Assembly (NCBI GenBank): GCA_951406725.2
Contig: OX597819.1
Coordinates: 67,580,001-67,644,000 of the forward strand
Length of the DNA stretch: 64,000 bases
Direction of reading: 5' to 3'
DNA from: Octopus vulgaris
Taxonomy: Eukaryota
The translations under genes and the position numbers were made by a program. Below, in pieces: positions 52,929-64,000 of the stretch. The notes below the pieces were generated by a model. The model saw only the letters and a list, made by a program, of their open reading frames with translations, had not been told where the DNA came from and ran no database searches. The stretch's first letter is position 1. Each line of letters starts with the position of its first letter.

Positions 52929-52975
<47 letters not shown>

Positions 52976-52989
52976 TGTCTGTGTGCATG

Positions 52990-53026
<37 letters not shown>

Positions 53027-55416
53027 GATGGGCTTCTTTCAGTTTCCGTCTACCGAATCCACTCACAATTCGTTGGTCGGCAAAAGACAGTTGCCCAAGG
53101 TTCCGCGAAGTGGGACAGAACACGAAACCATTTAATTTGTAAGCAATCTACGTACCGCACAGCTACTTCTGCAATGGGCTTCTTTCAGTTTCCGTCTTTA
53201 AAATCCACGCTGTGATTCGGCCGACCTGATATTACAGTTGAGTTATACTTGCCTAATTTGCCATTCAGTGGGACTGAACCTGGAATCAGGTGGTTGGGAA
53301 TGAAGCTTCTTACTACACAGTGCCTATTCATTAATAAAAATATTGTGCAGTTACTAACATTTGGTGTTAGGATACCAAACCTAACGGTACTGTGTGGCCG
53401 TGTTTGTGTGCGTGTGCATACATATGCGTGTGTATATCGAATATATTTTAGTGTAATTTGATATTGTAAACCACACCTTTGATACAAATGAACGCCAGAC
53501 AGCTAATGCAAAATCAAGGGTGGGCAGGTACAAGCACGTCTTTTATGAGCATAATATGTGCGCTTACAAATGTATTGAATGGATACACACAAACATAGAT
53601 CGTTCAGAAAACACACACACACACAACTGCGTATGCTTCTGCGTATTTTCTAACATACACACATATGCATACGTTGATATATATCTATACACGCACATAC
53701 ACACGCACACAAATATCGTTGATAATTCCATTTGTCAATATCATGCACTTAGTGTAAGATTGGAGATCGTTTTTACGTTGTCTACTTTACAAAGCAATTT
53801 TAGAAAATAGAACATTTAAACATGAGGATTACTAAACACGTATAGTTATCGCTTATTACTTATTACTACGCCTCCATTTTTTTCTGTTGTAGCTGTAAGA
53901 CCATCAGACGCTAAACTACAAACCTGAGAGGGTACCAAGTGCCGGCGTTCATAGAATTGGAAACAAATACGTCGTTGCCACCAGAAGGGAAAAGGGAGAA
54001 ATCAAACAACCTGAGAGAAAGGCACGAGAAAATCAACCTCGACCTTCAACAACATTGCTATGCTGCCTATCCCATCGATTCGTCTATGCCAGAATTGGTC
54101 AACAGAATCATCAACGACATCACCACCATAACAGAAGTGTTCAACAAAGATAAAAATATATACTGTGAGCTGAGATAAAGCTGACGACGACGTCGGTGAG
54201 TTAAAAAAAAAAATCAACATCACGAATTTAACGTTTTACACATCAACAAGTGTATATTCATAACAGCTGAAAGTACACAGGTGCTTGGGAATGTAATGCA
54301 TTGCAGGTAGAGTAATGATCGCGCCGAGAAAATTGCTTAGCAGCATTTCACCCGACTTTACTTTCTAATTTCATATACAGCCGGACTCGATTTTGCCTTT
54401 CATCCATTCGGAGTCGTCAAAAGAAGTACCAGACGAACAATGGGATTGATTTAATCGATTTATTCCCACCCTCAAAATACCTGGCTTTCTGTCAAAGTTT
54501 GAAGCCATTGTTACAGTTTGTATACTAATTATAAAATCGCTTTAATTTACGTCAGCTCTATATAAATTCAATAACTACAAATTATTCATGAATTTAAGTT
54601 AATAACATGAGTAGTACTCGTCATAACTGATGGGTATACTCTCAAAGGGCTTGCGTCACAACTGGTTATCCTCACTGGCCCTTGTCAGTGATTATCAACG
54701 TATCCATTATCGTCACCACTGTCATCCTCATATTGTAACATTACCAGAATCTGTTTTCGGAAACGTCAACTAATACATAACTTCATACACCCAAAGTCTC
54801 CAGCAAGTACAGTTTTTATATAGGTGTTATGAAATGTCAAGTATTTCTGTTCGCTTTCCCTTAATCTGTTGAAAAATTATGTCATATATGACATTGGAGA
54901 TTATATATGAAATTTAAATGAAATTCGTTGAAATTATTGCAGTTAAATACAAAATTAACGATGTTTAATTTAATATAAAAGCTAACAGATATTTTTTAAA
55001 AGCTATTCCACAACTAACTTTGCACATAAACTCTATTGGTACATACATACATACATACATACATACATACATACATACATACATACATACAAACACAGGA
55101 GTGGAACACTAAAAGTATGCAAAAAGTTTCGCTATTGCCAAATATGAATTTATTTGTTTTGACTATATCCCAAAGATGGAATCTTGTATCTTTGTTGGAA
55201 AACGGCAGCCTCCTTAGCGAGAGTATTATAAGAATTTAAAAATAGAAGAAACGTATAAACATATGCTCAGAAGTATCTTTCGTATGCACTGACAATTTTC
55301 AAATATGTCGCTTTTAATATGAATGAAAATGTGAATTGTTGAAATAATAATTTCCTTGAACTTCAAGCTATTTGTCGTGAATCGTTATATTGTATATAAA
55401 AAGAAACTCTTTAACA

Positions 55417-56348
55417 ATGAGCAACAATAGCCAGGTGATTGTCAATAATACTAATATATTTATCGTTAGTACGATAAGGTACGGCTCCATAGTATTATTG
55501 ACTCTTGGAACATTATTTAATGTAGCAGTAATTGGAATATTTTACAGGAAAGAACTGCGCCAGTCCAAAATGCCTCCGTACCTCATTTGCTTAGCGATTG
55601 TAGATTTAGCTAGTGTATGGATCAATTACCCACAATTTATTTGTTGTGCAAATGTTATAGAAAATCAGACTGGAACATTCTTTCCGTTACATCCAAGTGT
55701 CAACGTAATAAGTTATTCTTTGAATATGATTTCCACGTGGTTAATCGTAGTCATATATTTGGAACGCTTAGTTGGCAGTTTACAGTCCATTTTCTCGCCT
55801 ACAGTCCTCTAATACGTACACTCCATACGTGGTAATGTTCTTTCTTTTTTATTTGTGCTTTTATAATAAACATCACGACGTATATATATTGTTAAAAGAC
55901 TATTGGCTTACCCTACACTATTCAGTCATCTTATATGCATTCATACCAGCGGCCTTCTTAATTATCAGTTCAATACTTATGATTTATAAGCTACTCCGAC
56001 GACCAAATCTCGACCAGCAGTTTCAACGGAACTCTTCAGCAAGGTCTAGGAATACCATTCGTCTTGTAATCGCTATAGATACCATAATTATTTTAACTAA
56101 GTTCCCAGTATCTATTTGCATCACTTTCTTGAATCCCAATAATGAGATGCACCAAAGTGATTCAAACACCATTGTTGTTCTAAGTGCCGTACCTAACATT
56201 CACAACTGCGTGAATTTCTTATGTTATGTAACTACAAGCAAAGTGTTTCGTGAAAATTTGAAGCAAGTATGTTTTCGAAAGCCTACAGGGATACAACAAA
56301 GAATATACACCTTGCAAAACCCACCTAAAAATCAGCGAAATCAGGTAA
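55417..56348 (+). pseudogene. Frameshifted GPCR paralogue of 59495-60439
   Basis: +1 insertion after TM3 ERL (about 55770), a compensating +1/+2 pair in TM4, and loss of the paralogue's stop codon. Confidence 0.85.
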
Positions 56349-56670
56349 ATCTTTATTTTCAAACATTTCTACCTATGTACATTTTTATTTGTTTAACTCA
56401 CAATCTACTTTATATGCATATCCATAAATAATTAATTTAGGTGAGTGTTTGTGTTTATGCTCACGAATTGCGAAGTTAGTGCTTCTGCGATTTTATGGCT
56501 GTTTGTTGGATTCAATCAATGCATATTTTAGATGGCATTTGCTATCCATAGCTACCGGTGTTAGTCTGCTTACGTCTCTATAAGTTACAGGTTGGACAGA
56601 TGTGCCAGATAAAATAAGAGCCAGGCTTAAGCAACACTACCACCAACATTAACATTAGCTGTAGCAGCAC

Positions 56671-56760
<90 letters not shown>

Positions 56761-56777
56761 TAATAATGATGATGATG

Positions 56778-56834
<57 letters not shown>
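56671..56834. repeat. (AAT)n microsatellite
   Basis: Directly visible. Confidence 0.95.
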
Positions 56835-57332
56835 GATGCCCTGATGTAGTACCAGACAGTGGCTGTCGTGGCTTCTGATCTTAACTGATTGGAAGTGTTA
56901 TCATGTATATTGTTTTGTCTTCGTATAAAAGATGGGCTACAGCAAATATTCTGCTCAATACCACAGATTTGGTTGTCAGTTGTTTGACCTTAACCAGTTG
57001 AGCATGTCCCTTAGTGGCTGACGATATGTGCATCATAGCCATGTGTTTAGAGGGATTCTTTAGGGGATTGAATAATTCACCTCTGGAAACATGGGTGTTT
57101 CGTTCAACATCCTTAAACAACCCTTATGCAGGGACCTTTTGAGCATGATGGGTTACTCGACCAGAAGAAAATTCTAACTGGGCCCCACCTGCAACGTCAT
57201 GTGCTGTTTATCTTGATATGAGATCGCCATGTCGCACACATATGGTTGTGATGCATGTACCTGGTGTACCCTTATAGGCTTCGTATATTTTACCCCAGTG
57301 TCACTTTGATGGCATGCACTGCTCTCTCACTC
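56835..57332 (+). mobile_element. Non-coding element of about 500 bp inserted in (AAT)n
   Basis: (AAT)n on both sides; homologues at 1.4-1.8 kb and 26.7-27.7 kb; no meaningful ORF. Confidence 0.8.
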
Positions 57333-57348
57333 AATAATAATAATAATA

Positions 57349-57393
<45 letters not shown>

Positions 57394-58149
57394 GTTTTCA
57401 AATTTTGCCACAAGCGCAGTAGTTTGGGGAGAAATGATGTGTCGATTACATGATTACATGGACCCTAATAATCCTTGATAGTAAAGGCACAAAGCTTTAA
57501 TTTAAGGCAGTGTGACAAGTCCATTCATCGACCCCGGTGTTTCACTGTTACTTAAGCTGTCGATGCCGGAAGAATGAAAGTAAGTCCACCTCGGCGAAAC
57601 TTGAATTCAGAACGTGAAGACGGACGAAATGACACTTAGGCCATTTGCACGACTGGCAAATTATTCTGCCATTTTACCATCTAAATGTCTACGCTACAAT
57701 GTTGGAAAAATTTTTTTAAATATTGAGATTTCGTCTGTCTTACCGTTCTGAGTTCAAATTCTAGCGAGGTCGACTTCGCTATTTAATCTTTCGAGATTGA
57801 TAAAATAAGTACCTGTTGAACCATGGAATCGATGTAATCGAATAACCCTCTACCCCCAGGTTTCAGGCGTTTTGTATATAACAGAAAGTGTTACGTAAAT
57901 ATCTGTATATTTATCAATTACCTTTTACACGTTTCAGTCATTTGATTGTGGCCTTTGCTGGGAGACCGTCTTGAAGGTTTTCAGCCGAATAAATCACACA
58001 CACACAAACACACATACACCAACACAACATACACACAAACACGCACGCACACACACCCGCACACACACACACACACACAAACACGCATACACGCACACAC
58101 ACACATACACACACACACACACACACGCACACAAACACGCACACACGCA

Positions 58150-58227
<78 letters not shown>

Positions 58228-59494
58228 CAATTGTCTTCTTTCATTTTCCGTCTTGGAAGTCGACTCACAAGGATTCGATCAGCCCGATATATTATTTGAG
58301 TTATACTTGACCAATTTGCAATTCAGTGGGACTGAACCTGGAACCATTTGATTGAGAAGGAAGCTTCTTACTACACACCCACGCCTGCGCTTATTCGTTA
58401 ATGAAAATAGTGTCTAGTCGTTAATATTTGTCGATAGGATACTGAAGTAATATCTGGGCACGTGCTTCTACGCGCGCGTATACACACACGCCTATGTATA
58501 TTGAATATATTTTGGTGTAATAAGATATTTGAACCACACCTTTCATGCGTATGAACACCAGATATCTAATGCTAAGTCATTCATGGGCATAAACAAGCAA
58601 GTCTTTTATGAGCATATATACACTTGCAAATGTATTGAATGGATGCACACAAACATAGATCGTTCAGCAAACACACACGCACAAATGCGTGTATGCATCT
58701 GCATATATACTAATATACACACCTATGCATACGTTCATATCTTCACACACACACACAAATATCAATGATAATTCCATTTGTCAACATCATGCAATTAGTG
58801 TAAGACTGAGGATCGTTTTTACGTTGTCAACTTTACAATACGATTTTAGGATTTGAAATATATAAACATTAGGATTACTAAACAAATACAGTAACCGCAT
58901 ATTAATCATATCTACACCTCCATTTTCTCTCACGTAGCTCTAAAACCATTAGAGGTTGAACCACAAACCAGAGAGGATAAGAACGACAGCAGAGAAAGGC
59001 TCGACAAAATCAACCTCGTTCCTTACCAACAATGCCATGCTGTCAATGCCATCGATTTGTGTATGCAAGAATTGTACAACAGCATCATTGAACGGCATCA
59101 CACCGTTGAATGATGGAAGTGTTCAACAAAGAAGAAAACAAATACTGTTATCTGTGATAAAGCCGACAACGACGTCGACGAGTTTAAAACATTAACACCA
59201 TGAATTTAAAGTTTTATAAATCAGAATCTGTATGTTCACAACGGCTGAAAGTATACAGGTGCTTGGCAAAGTAATGTCTTGATGGTTGTTTCGTGAACGC
59301 GTCGAGAAAAATACTTAGCAGCATTTCATCCGAATTTATATTAATTGCTAAAACCGCATAAATATGTATCGTGTGCCCTAACAATTCACCAATTCGTCGC
59401 TTTAACTATGAATGAAAATATGAATTGTTGAAATAATAATAATATTGAACTTCAAGCGGTTTCACACGAATCATTAAATTGTATATAAAATGAA

Positions 59495-60439
59495 ATGCAG
59501 TCACATCCATTAACAATGAGCAACAATAGCCAGGTGATTGTCAATAATACTAATATATTTATCATTAGTACGATAAGGTACAGCTCCATAGCGTTCTTGA
59601 CACTTGGAACATTCTTTAATGTAGCAGTAATTGGAATATTTTGCAGGAAAGAACTGCGCCAATCCAAAATAGCTCCGTACCTCATTTGCCTCGCGATTGT
59701 AGATTTAGCTATTGTATGGATAAATTACCCACAATTTATTTGGTATGCAGGTATGATGGAAAATTCGACGACTGAAATATTCTTTCTGATGCATCGAAGC
59801 GTTAACGTAATAACTTATTCTTTAAATATGTATTCCACGTGGTTAATCGTAGTCATATCTTTGGAACGCTTGATGGCAGTTTACAGTCCATTTTCTCGCC
59901 TACAGTCCTCTAATCCGTACTCTCCATACGTGGTGATGTTCGTCCTTTTTATTTGTGTTTTCGCAATAAACATCTCAATGCATATATTGCTAAAGGATGA
60001 TTTACTTATATTACACTATTCAGTCATCTTATATGCATTCATACCAGCGGCCTTCTTAATTATCAGTTCAATACTTATGATTTATAAGCTACTCCGACGA
60101 CCAAATCTCGGCCAGCAGTTTCAACGGAACTCTTCAACAAGAACTAGGAATACTATTTGTCTTGTAATCTCTATAAATACTATATTTCTTTTAACAACGT
60201 TCCCAGTATCTATTTGCATCACTTTTCTGAATCCCAATAATGCGATGCACCAAATCGATTCAAACACCATCGTTATTCTAACTGTTGTGGCTTACATTAA
60301 CAACTGTGCGAATTTCTTATGTTATGTAATTACAAGCAAAGTGTTTCGTGAAAATTTGAAGCAAGTATGTTTTGGCAAGCCTACAGGGATACAGCTAAGA
60401 ATGTACACCTTACAAAGCCGACCGAAAACTACAGCGTAA
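59495..60439 (+). CDS. Single-exon rhodopsin-class 7TM GPCR, 314 aa (307 aa from ATG 59516)
   Basis: Sequons NNS and NNT; GTFFN, LAIVD, ISLER, YAFIPA, FLLTTFP, NNCANFLCY, SKVFR. Confidence 0.92.
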   Translation: MQSHPLTMSNNSQVIVNNTNIFIISTIRYSSIAFLTLGTFFNVAVIGIFCRKELRQSKIAPYLICLAIVDLAIVWINYPQFIWYAGMMENSTTEIFFLMHRSVNVITYSLNMYSTWLIVVISLERLMAVYSPFSRLQSSNPYSPYVVMFVLFICVFAINISMHILLKDDLLILHYSVILYAFIPAAFLIISSILMIYKLLRRPNLGQQFQRNSSTRTRNTICLVISINTIFLLTTFPVSICITFLNPNNAMHQIDSNTIVILTVVAYINNCANFLCYVITSKVFRENLKQVCFGKPTGIQLRMYTLQSRPKTTA

Positions 60440-60759
60440 TCAGGTAAGTCTTTATTTCAAACATTTCTACTTATGTGCATATTTATTTGTGTAGCTCACA
60501 ATCTACTTTATGTGCATTTACAGAGGTAAATAATTTGTGTGTGTTTTGCTTATGCGCACAAATTGCGAAGTCAGCGCTTCTGCGATTTTTTATACCTGTT
60601 TTTAGGACTCTGTCACCTCCCATATAAACATGTGTGCGCGTATGCTTGAGATTGTGTTAGTCTGCTTACGTCTCTATAACTTACCGGTTTGACTGAATTA
60701 CCAGATAAAATAAAATACAGACTTTAGCCACACAACAATCAACAGTAATAACCTTGTGA

Positions 60760-61070
60760 GAGAGAGAATAGGAAGCCCGAATAATCTTAATTGAGAAATA
60801 TAGCAAACTATACTGGATCATAGATATAGCATGCCCAGCTGACAACAAGGTATGCGATAAGGAAGAAAGAAAAGTCGATAGGTACGACTGGTTAGCTTGC
60901 GTGGTTACGCAGTTGTGTTCGATGTAAAAGATGGTAGTGGTACCTCTGCTTGGAACCGCTCGAATACTCCGGAAGGTGCTCGAAAATTAAGAGGTTTTAC
61001 CTTCGTTCACTGGTAGTGAGCAGCTGACACTGTAGTACTTTCTTCAGCGTTAGAAACAATGCAAAGGTAA
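60760..61070 (+). mobile_element. Decayed 3' fragment of an R4/Dong-like family
   Basis: PEIILIEK..WIIDIACPADNKVCDKEERKVDRYDWL; 3' UTR matches 6740-6850; (AAT)n tail. Confidence 0.75.
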
Positions 61071-61145
<75 letters not shown>

Positions 61146-61445
61146 TGGATGAATAATAATAACATGGAACAACATGGATGTTCCCTGGGAGCCTCTCTCC
61201 AAAAAACGAATTTAATCCAACAACATCGTTACAATGGAAGAAAGGTTCCACAAAATATCTTCTCCAAATTTTCTTTTAAGGCAAAGTAACTAAAAATGTC
61301 CGAACTATTATTGCCATATATAGTATGGTTTTCTTTCTTTTATGCACAATATTTCCATGTGCCATGCATAAGAAATAGAAGCGAACATCAGGGCTCTTGA
61401 AAGACAGTAAGTACATAAATTGATTAATTAATTAATTAATTAAAT

Positions 61446-61548
61446 AAGTATACATGTAACTGTTTATGCATACACGTACACATTTTAATTATAAAGTATA
61501 CATGCAACTGTTTGTGCATACATGTACACATTTTAATTATAAAGCATA
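61446..61548 (+). repeat. 48-bp tandem repeat (2 copies plus a partial) upstream of the retrotransposon ORF
   Basis: aagtatacatgtaactgtttatgcatacacgtacacattttaattata at 61446 and, with three substitutions, at 61494. Confidence 0.85.
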
Positions 61549-61695
61549 AATAATGCATACACGCGCTCACACGTACACACAGAAAGAAAAACCACGTTAC
61601 GCGGACGAAAACAAAACAAAAACAAAGCGATTTTTCACGAACAAACGCAAAAAAGAGAAAATTGGTCACTGAATTTAGAAAGTCACTACACAGTT

Positions 61696-64000
61696 ATGCC
61701 CGGAAACATGACTACCAAAAGAAATAGAGGCGAATTTCGATCTGTAAGTCTTATGCGAGTTCGATATGAACAATATATTAATTCGGAGAATTCAGAAGCG
61801 GTGTTTTGTCAAAAAATTGACCCTGTCACCGTCACAGAAGCGGCGTCTTGTCAAAAAGTTGACTCTGAAAAAATGGACCCCTCTGATGTCGCCGTCAATC
61901 ATTTAATGAAAACAAGCCAAAAATCATGCCGGATCGGTCATCGCCCGGGACAACAAGGACCGCGTTACCCAGTAGGGAACCAGACTGGGGTCGAAAAGTT
62001 TGCTGCTGGAACAAACTCTCAAAAAGACGATCTACCAGGTGACCAGAACCAGAATACTTCTAACTCTGGACTTGTAGTGACACCACCAAAAACACCACCT
62101 AAAGCAAAACGTATAAAATGGACCAGAGAGGACTATAGAGATGTGTTGAAAGCTTTTTATACAGCCCAACTAAACCCAAACAATAACCTCAGTGTACAAA
62201 CATACATCTCATGGAGAAATTCAGTAGGCAATGACGTACGTAGATATATAGACGCAAATAAATTAAGTAATGTACGCAGAGATATAATTAAAAACAAAAG
62301 ACTAACTGACGCTGAAATTGACAAAATTAGGACACTAATAGCTCATGGTAGACCAAAAGAAAACAGCAACAATGTAGACGAAATAGGTAATAGTAGCACA
62401 GAAGCCAGTGTACAAGCGGCAAATCAACTTCCCAATGGGGAAGTTAAACAAAGAATAGCGAAGACGAGAGATTTGAAAAAAGAGGAGAACGTAGACCTTC
62501 CTCAAGAAAACCAAAATAGATATGACATAGAATTTGAGGTGAATAATAGAGAAAAGATTATGGAAGCAAAAGTGGACATTATGAGAGAACTCGGCAAGAT
62601 TGAGCTCACTGACATGGTTAATAGAGAACCACTACCAAAGTTTTCAAATGGCACAAGAAATAACAACACAATCATGACATATAACGTTGCCCTAGGACAG
62701 ATCTTAAGAAATAAGGGGAATGATTTGACAACGTTAAATAATCTCATTTATTCCACTGCTAAAGTAGTAACTACCCAACTAGGTATTAAGATGACAAAGA
62801 AAAAGGCCAGGCATGTCAATGAACCTCCTAAGTGGAAAGTAGCGATACAAAAAGAGATTGAATCTCTGCGGGCGGATGTTTCAGTTCTCGATGAGCTTGC
62901 TAGAGGAGTGAATATTAAGCCGAGAAAAGCTAGAAAAATCAAGCAAAAATATAAAATCAAAGATCTCATAAACCTCCCTGCAACTAAGGAACTGTTGAAA
63001 CAACGGATACAGTTGAAAGCTCAACGGCTTAGAAGGTATGACAAAAGAAACAAATTTTATCGACAAAATAAATTTTTTAAGACAGATGCAAAGAAATTTT
63101 ATAGGGAAATTGGCAAAAATAAAATACACATAGAAGATCCACCTAAGATTGAGGAAGTGGAGGAGTTCTGGAAGAAGGTATGGAGCAACGAAAAAGAGTT
63201 TAATGCTGAGGCTGACTGGATAGAACGTGAGAAAGAGAGACTGGATGAACTTGAAGAACAGAAATGGGAAGCAATAGGAATAGAGGAGCTAAGGTGTGTC
63301 CTTAGGAAGGCTCATAAATGGAAAACCCCAGGACTGGATCGGATCCCTAACTTCTGGCTGAATTGTTTGACAGAGGTACACGAACATCTCGCTGCATCTC
63401 TGTCTGATGTCATTCAGAACCCAGAGCAAATACCTGCTTGGCTGACTGAAGGAACCACCTACCTATTACCTAAAACCGAAGACACAAAAAACCCAAAGAA
63501 TTACCGGCCAATAACATGTCTCAACACCACCTACAAAATCCTCACATCCATAATAACGGAGAGAATGTACGCTTTCCTTGAACAAAATTCTATCCTTCCA
63601 CAAGCTCAAAAAGGTTGTAAAAGAAACTCTTATGGGTGCAAAGACCAATTGCTCATAAACAGAATGATTGTAGAGAATTGCCGGAGCAAAAACAAAAACC
63701 TGAGTATGGCATGGATAGACTACAGGAAAGCGTATGACAGTGTCCCACATAAATGGATACTCAAGGCCCTTGAGATATACAAGATCTCCCCTGTCGTCTC
63801 AAAATTCTTAGAGAATAGCATGACCATGTGGAACACACGTCTCTTTCTAAGCCATAGTAATGGGATGAGCCAGTCCAACAGCATCAACATCAAACGAGGC
63901 ATCTTTCAAGGTGACTCCCTCTCTCCATTACTTTTTTGCATGGCACTGATCCCACTCTCAAACGAATTGGATAGTGCCAGATATGGGTACAAAGTTTTTA
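61696..64000 (+). CDS. Uninterrupted ORF of an R4/Dong-like non-LTR retrotransposon (N-terminal domain and RT), running off the window
   Basis: ATG 61696; KRIKWTREDY, KWKTPGLDRIPNFW, NYRPITCL, QKGCKRNSYGCKDQL, WIDYRKAYDSVPH, GIFQGDSLSPLLF. No stop seen, and it is absent from the track because it is unterminated. Confidence 0.9.
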   Translation, partial: MPGNMTTKRNRGEFRSVSLMRVRYEQYINSENSEAVFCQKIDPVTVTEAASCQKVDSEKMDPSDVAVNHLMKTSQKSCRIGHRPGQQGPRYPVGNQTGVEKFAAGTNSQKDDLPGDQNQNTSNSGLVVTPPKTPPKAKRIKWTREDYRDVLKAFYTAQLNPNNNLSVQTYISWRNSVGNDVRRYIDANKLSNVRRDIIKNKRLTDAEIDKIRTLIAHGRPKENSNNVDEIGNSSTEASVQAANQLPNGEVKQRIAKTRDLKKEENVDLPQENQNRYDIEFEVNNREKIMEAKVDIMRELGKIELTDMVNREPLPKFSNGTRNNNTIMTYNVALGQILRNKGNDLTTLNNLIYSTAKVVTTQLGIKMTKKKARHVNEPPKWKVAIQKEIESLRADVSVLDELARGVNIKPRKARKIKQKYKIKDLINLPATKELLKQRIQLKAQRLRRYDKRNKFYRQNKFFKTDAKKFYREIGKNKIHIEDPPKIEEVEEFWKKVWSNEKEFNAEADWIEREKERLDELEEQKWEAIGIEELRCVLRKAHKWKTPGLDRIPNFWLNCLTEVHEHLAASLSDVIQNPEQIPAWLTEGTTYLLPKTEDTKNPKNYRPITCLNTTYKILTSIITERMYAFLEQNSILPQAQKGCKRNSYGCKDQLLINRMIVENCRSKNKNLSMAWIDYRKAYDSVPHKWILKALEIYKISPVVSKFLENSMTMWNTRLFLSHSNGMSQSNSINIKRGIFQGDSLSPLLFCMALIPLSNELDSARYGYKVF

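Larger units (their letters stand above)
53185..60740 (+). repeat. Tandem segmental duplication containing the GPCR: about 53185-56640 and about 58240-60740
   Basis: Collinear upstream non-coding blocks (53460-54350 vs 58510-59335), genes and 3' flanks. Confidence 0.9.

Noticed and set aside
62502-63902. Minus-strand ORFs
   Set aside because: Antisense shadows of the retrotransposon ORF.

Overview
AT-rich, microsatellite-dense eukaryotic DNA. The repeat families look like an octopod cephalopod genome (inference). The only host-gene content I can support is a same-strand cluster of compact, apparently single-exon rhodopsin-class GPCRs: three intact ORFs (15.5, 29.5, 59.5 kb), one frameshifted recent duplicate (55.4 kb) and several possible decayed relics. 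The rest is mobile DNA: R4/Dong-like RLE retrotransposons nested in (AAT)n, including a long open one running off the right edge; a full-length mariner; DD37D/maT-like, Chapaev-like and Tigger-like remnants; L1/Tx1, RTE and CR1-like fragments; several tRNA-derived SINE families; and Penelope-like (GIY-YIG) remnants. The main unannotated signal is a set of sequence-diverse, (TA)n-embedded short elements carrying minimal type-I hammerhead ribozyme motifs, arranged as fold-back inverted repeats or partial tandems (Penelope pLTR/retrozyme-like). All structures and alignments were read by eye, and element boundaries are approximate. Most low-complexity ORFs in the track are microsatellite artefacts.
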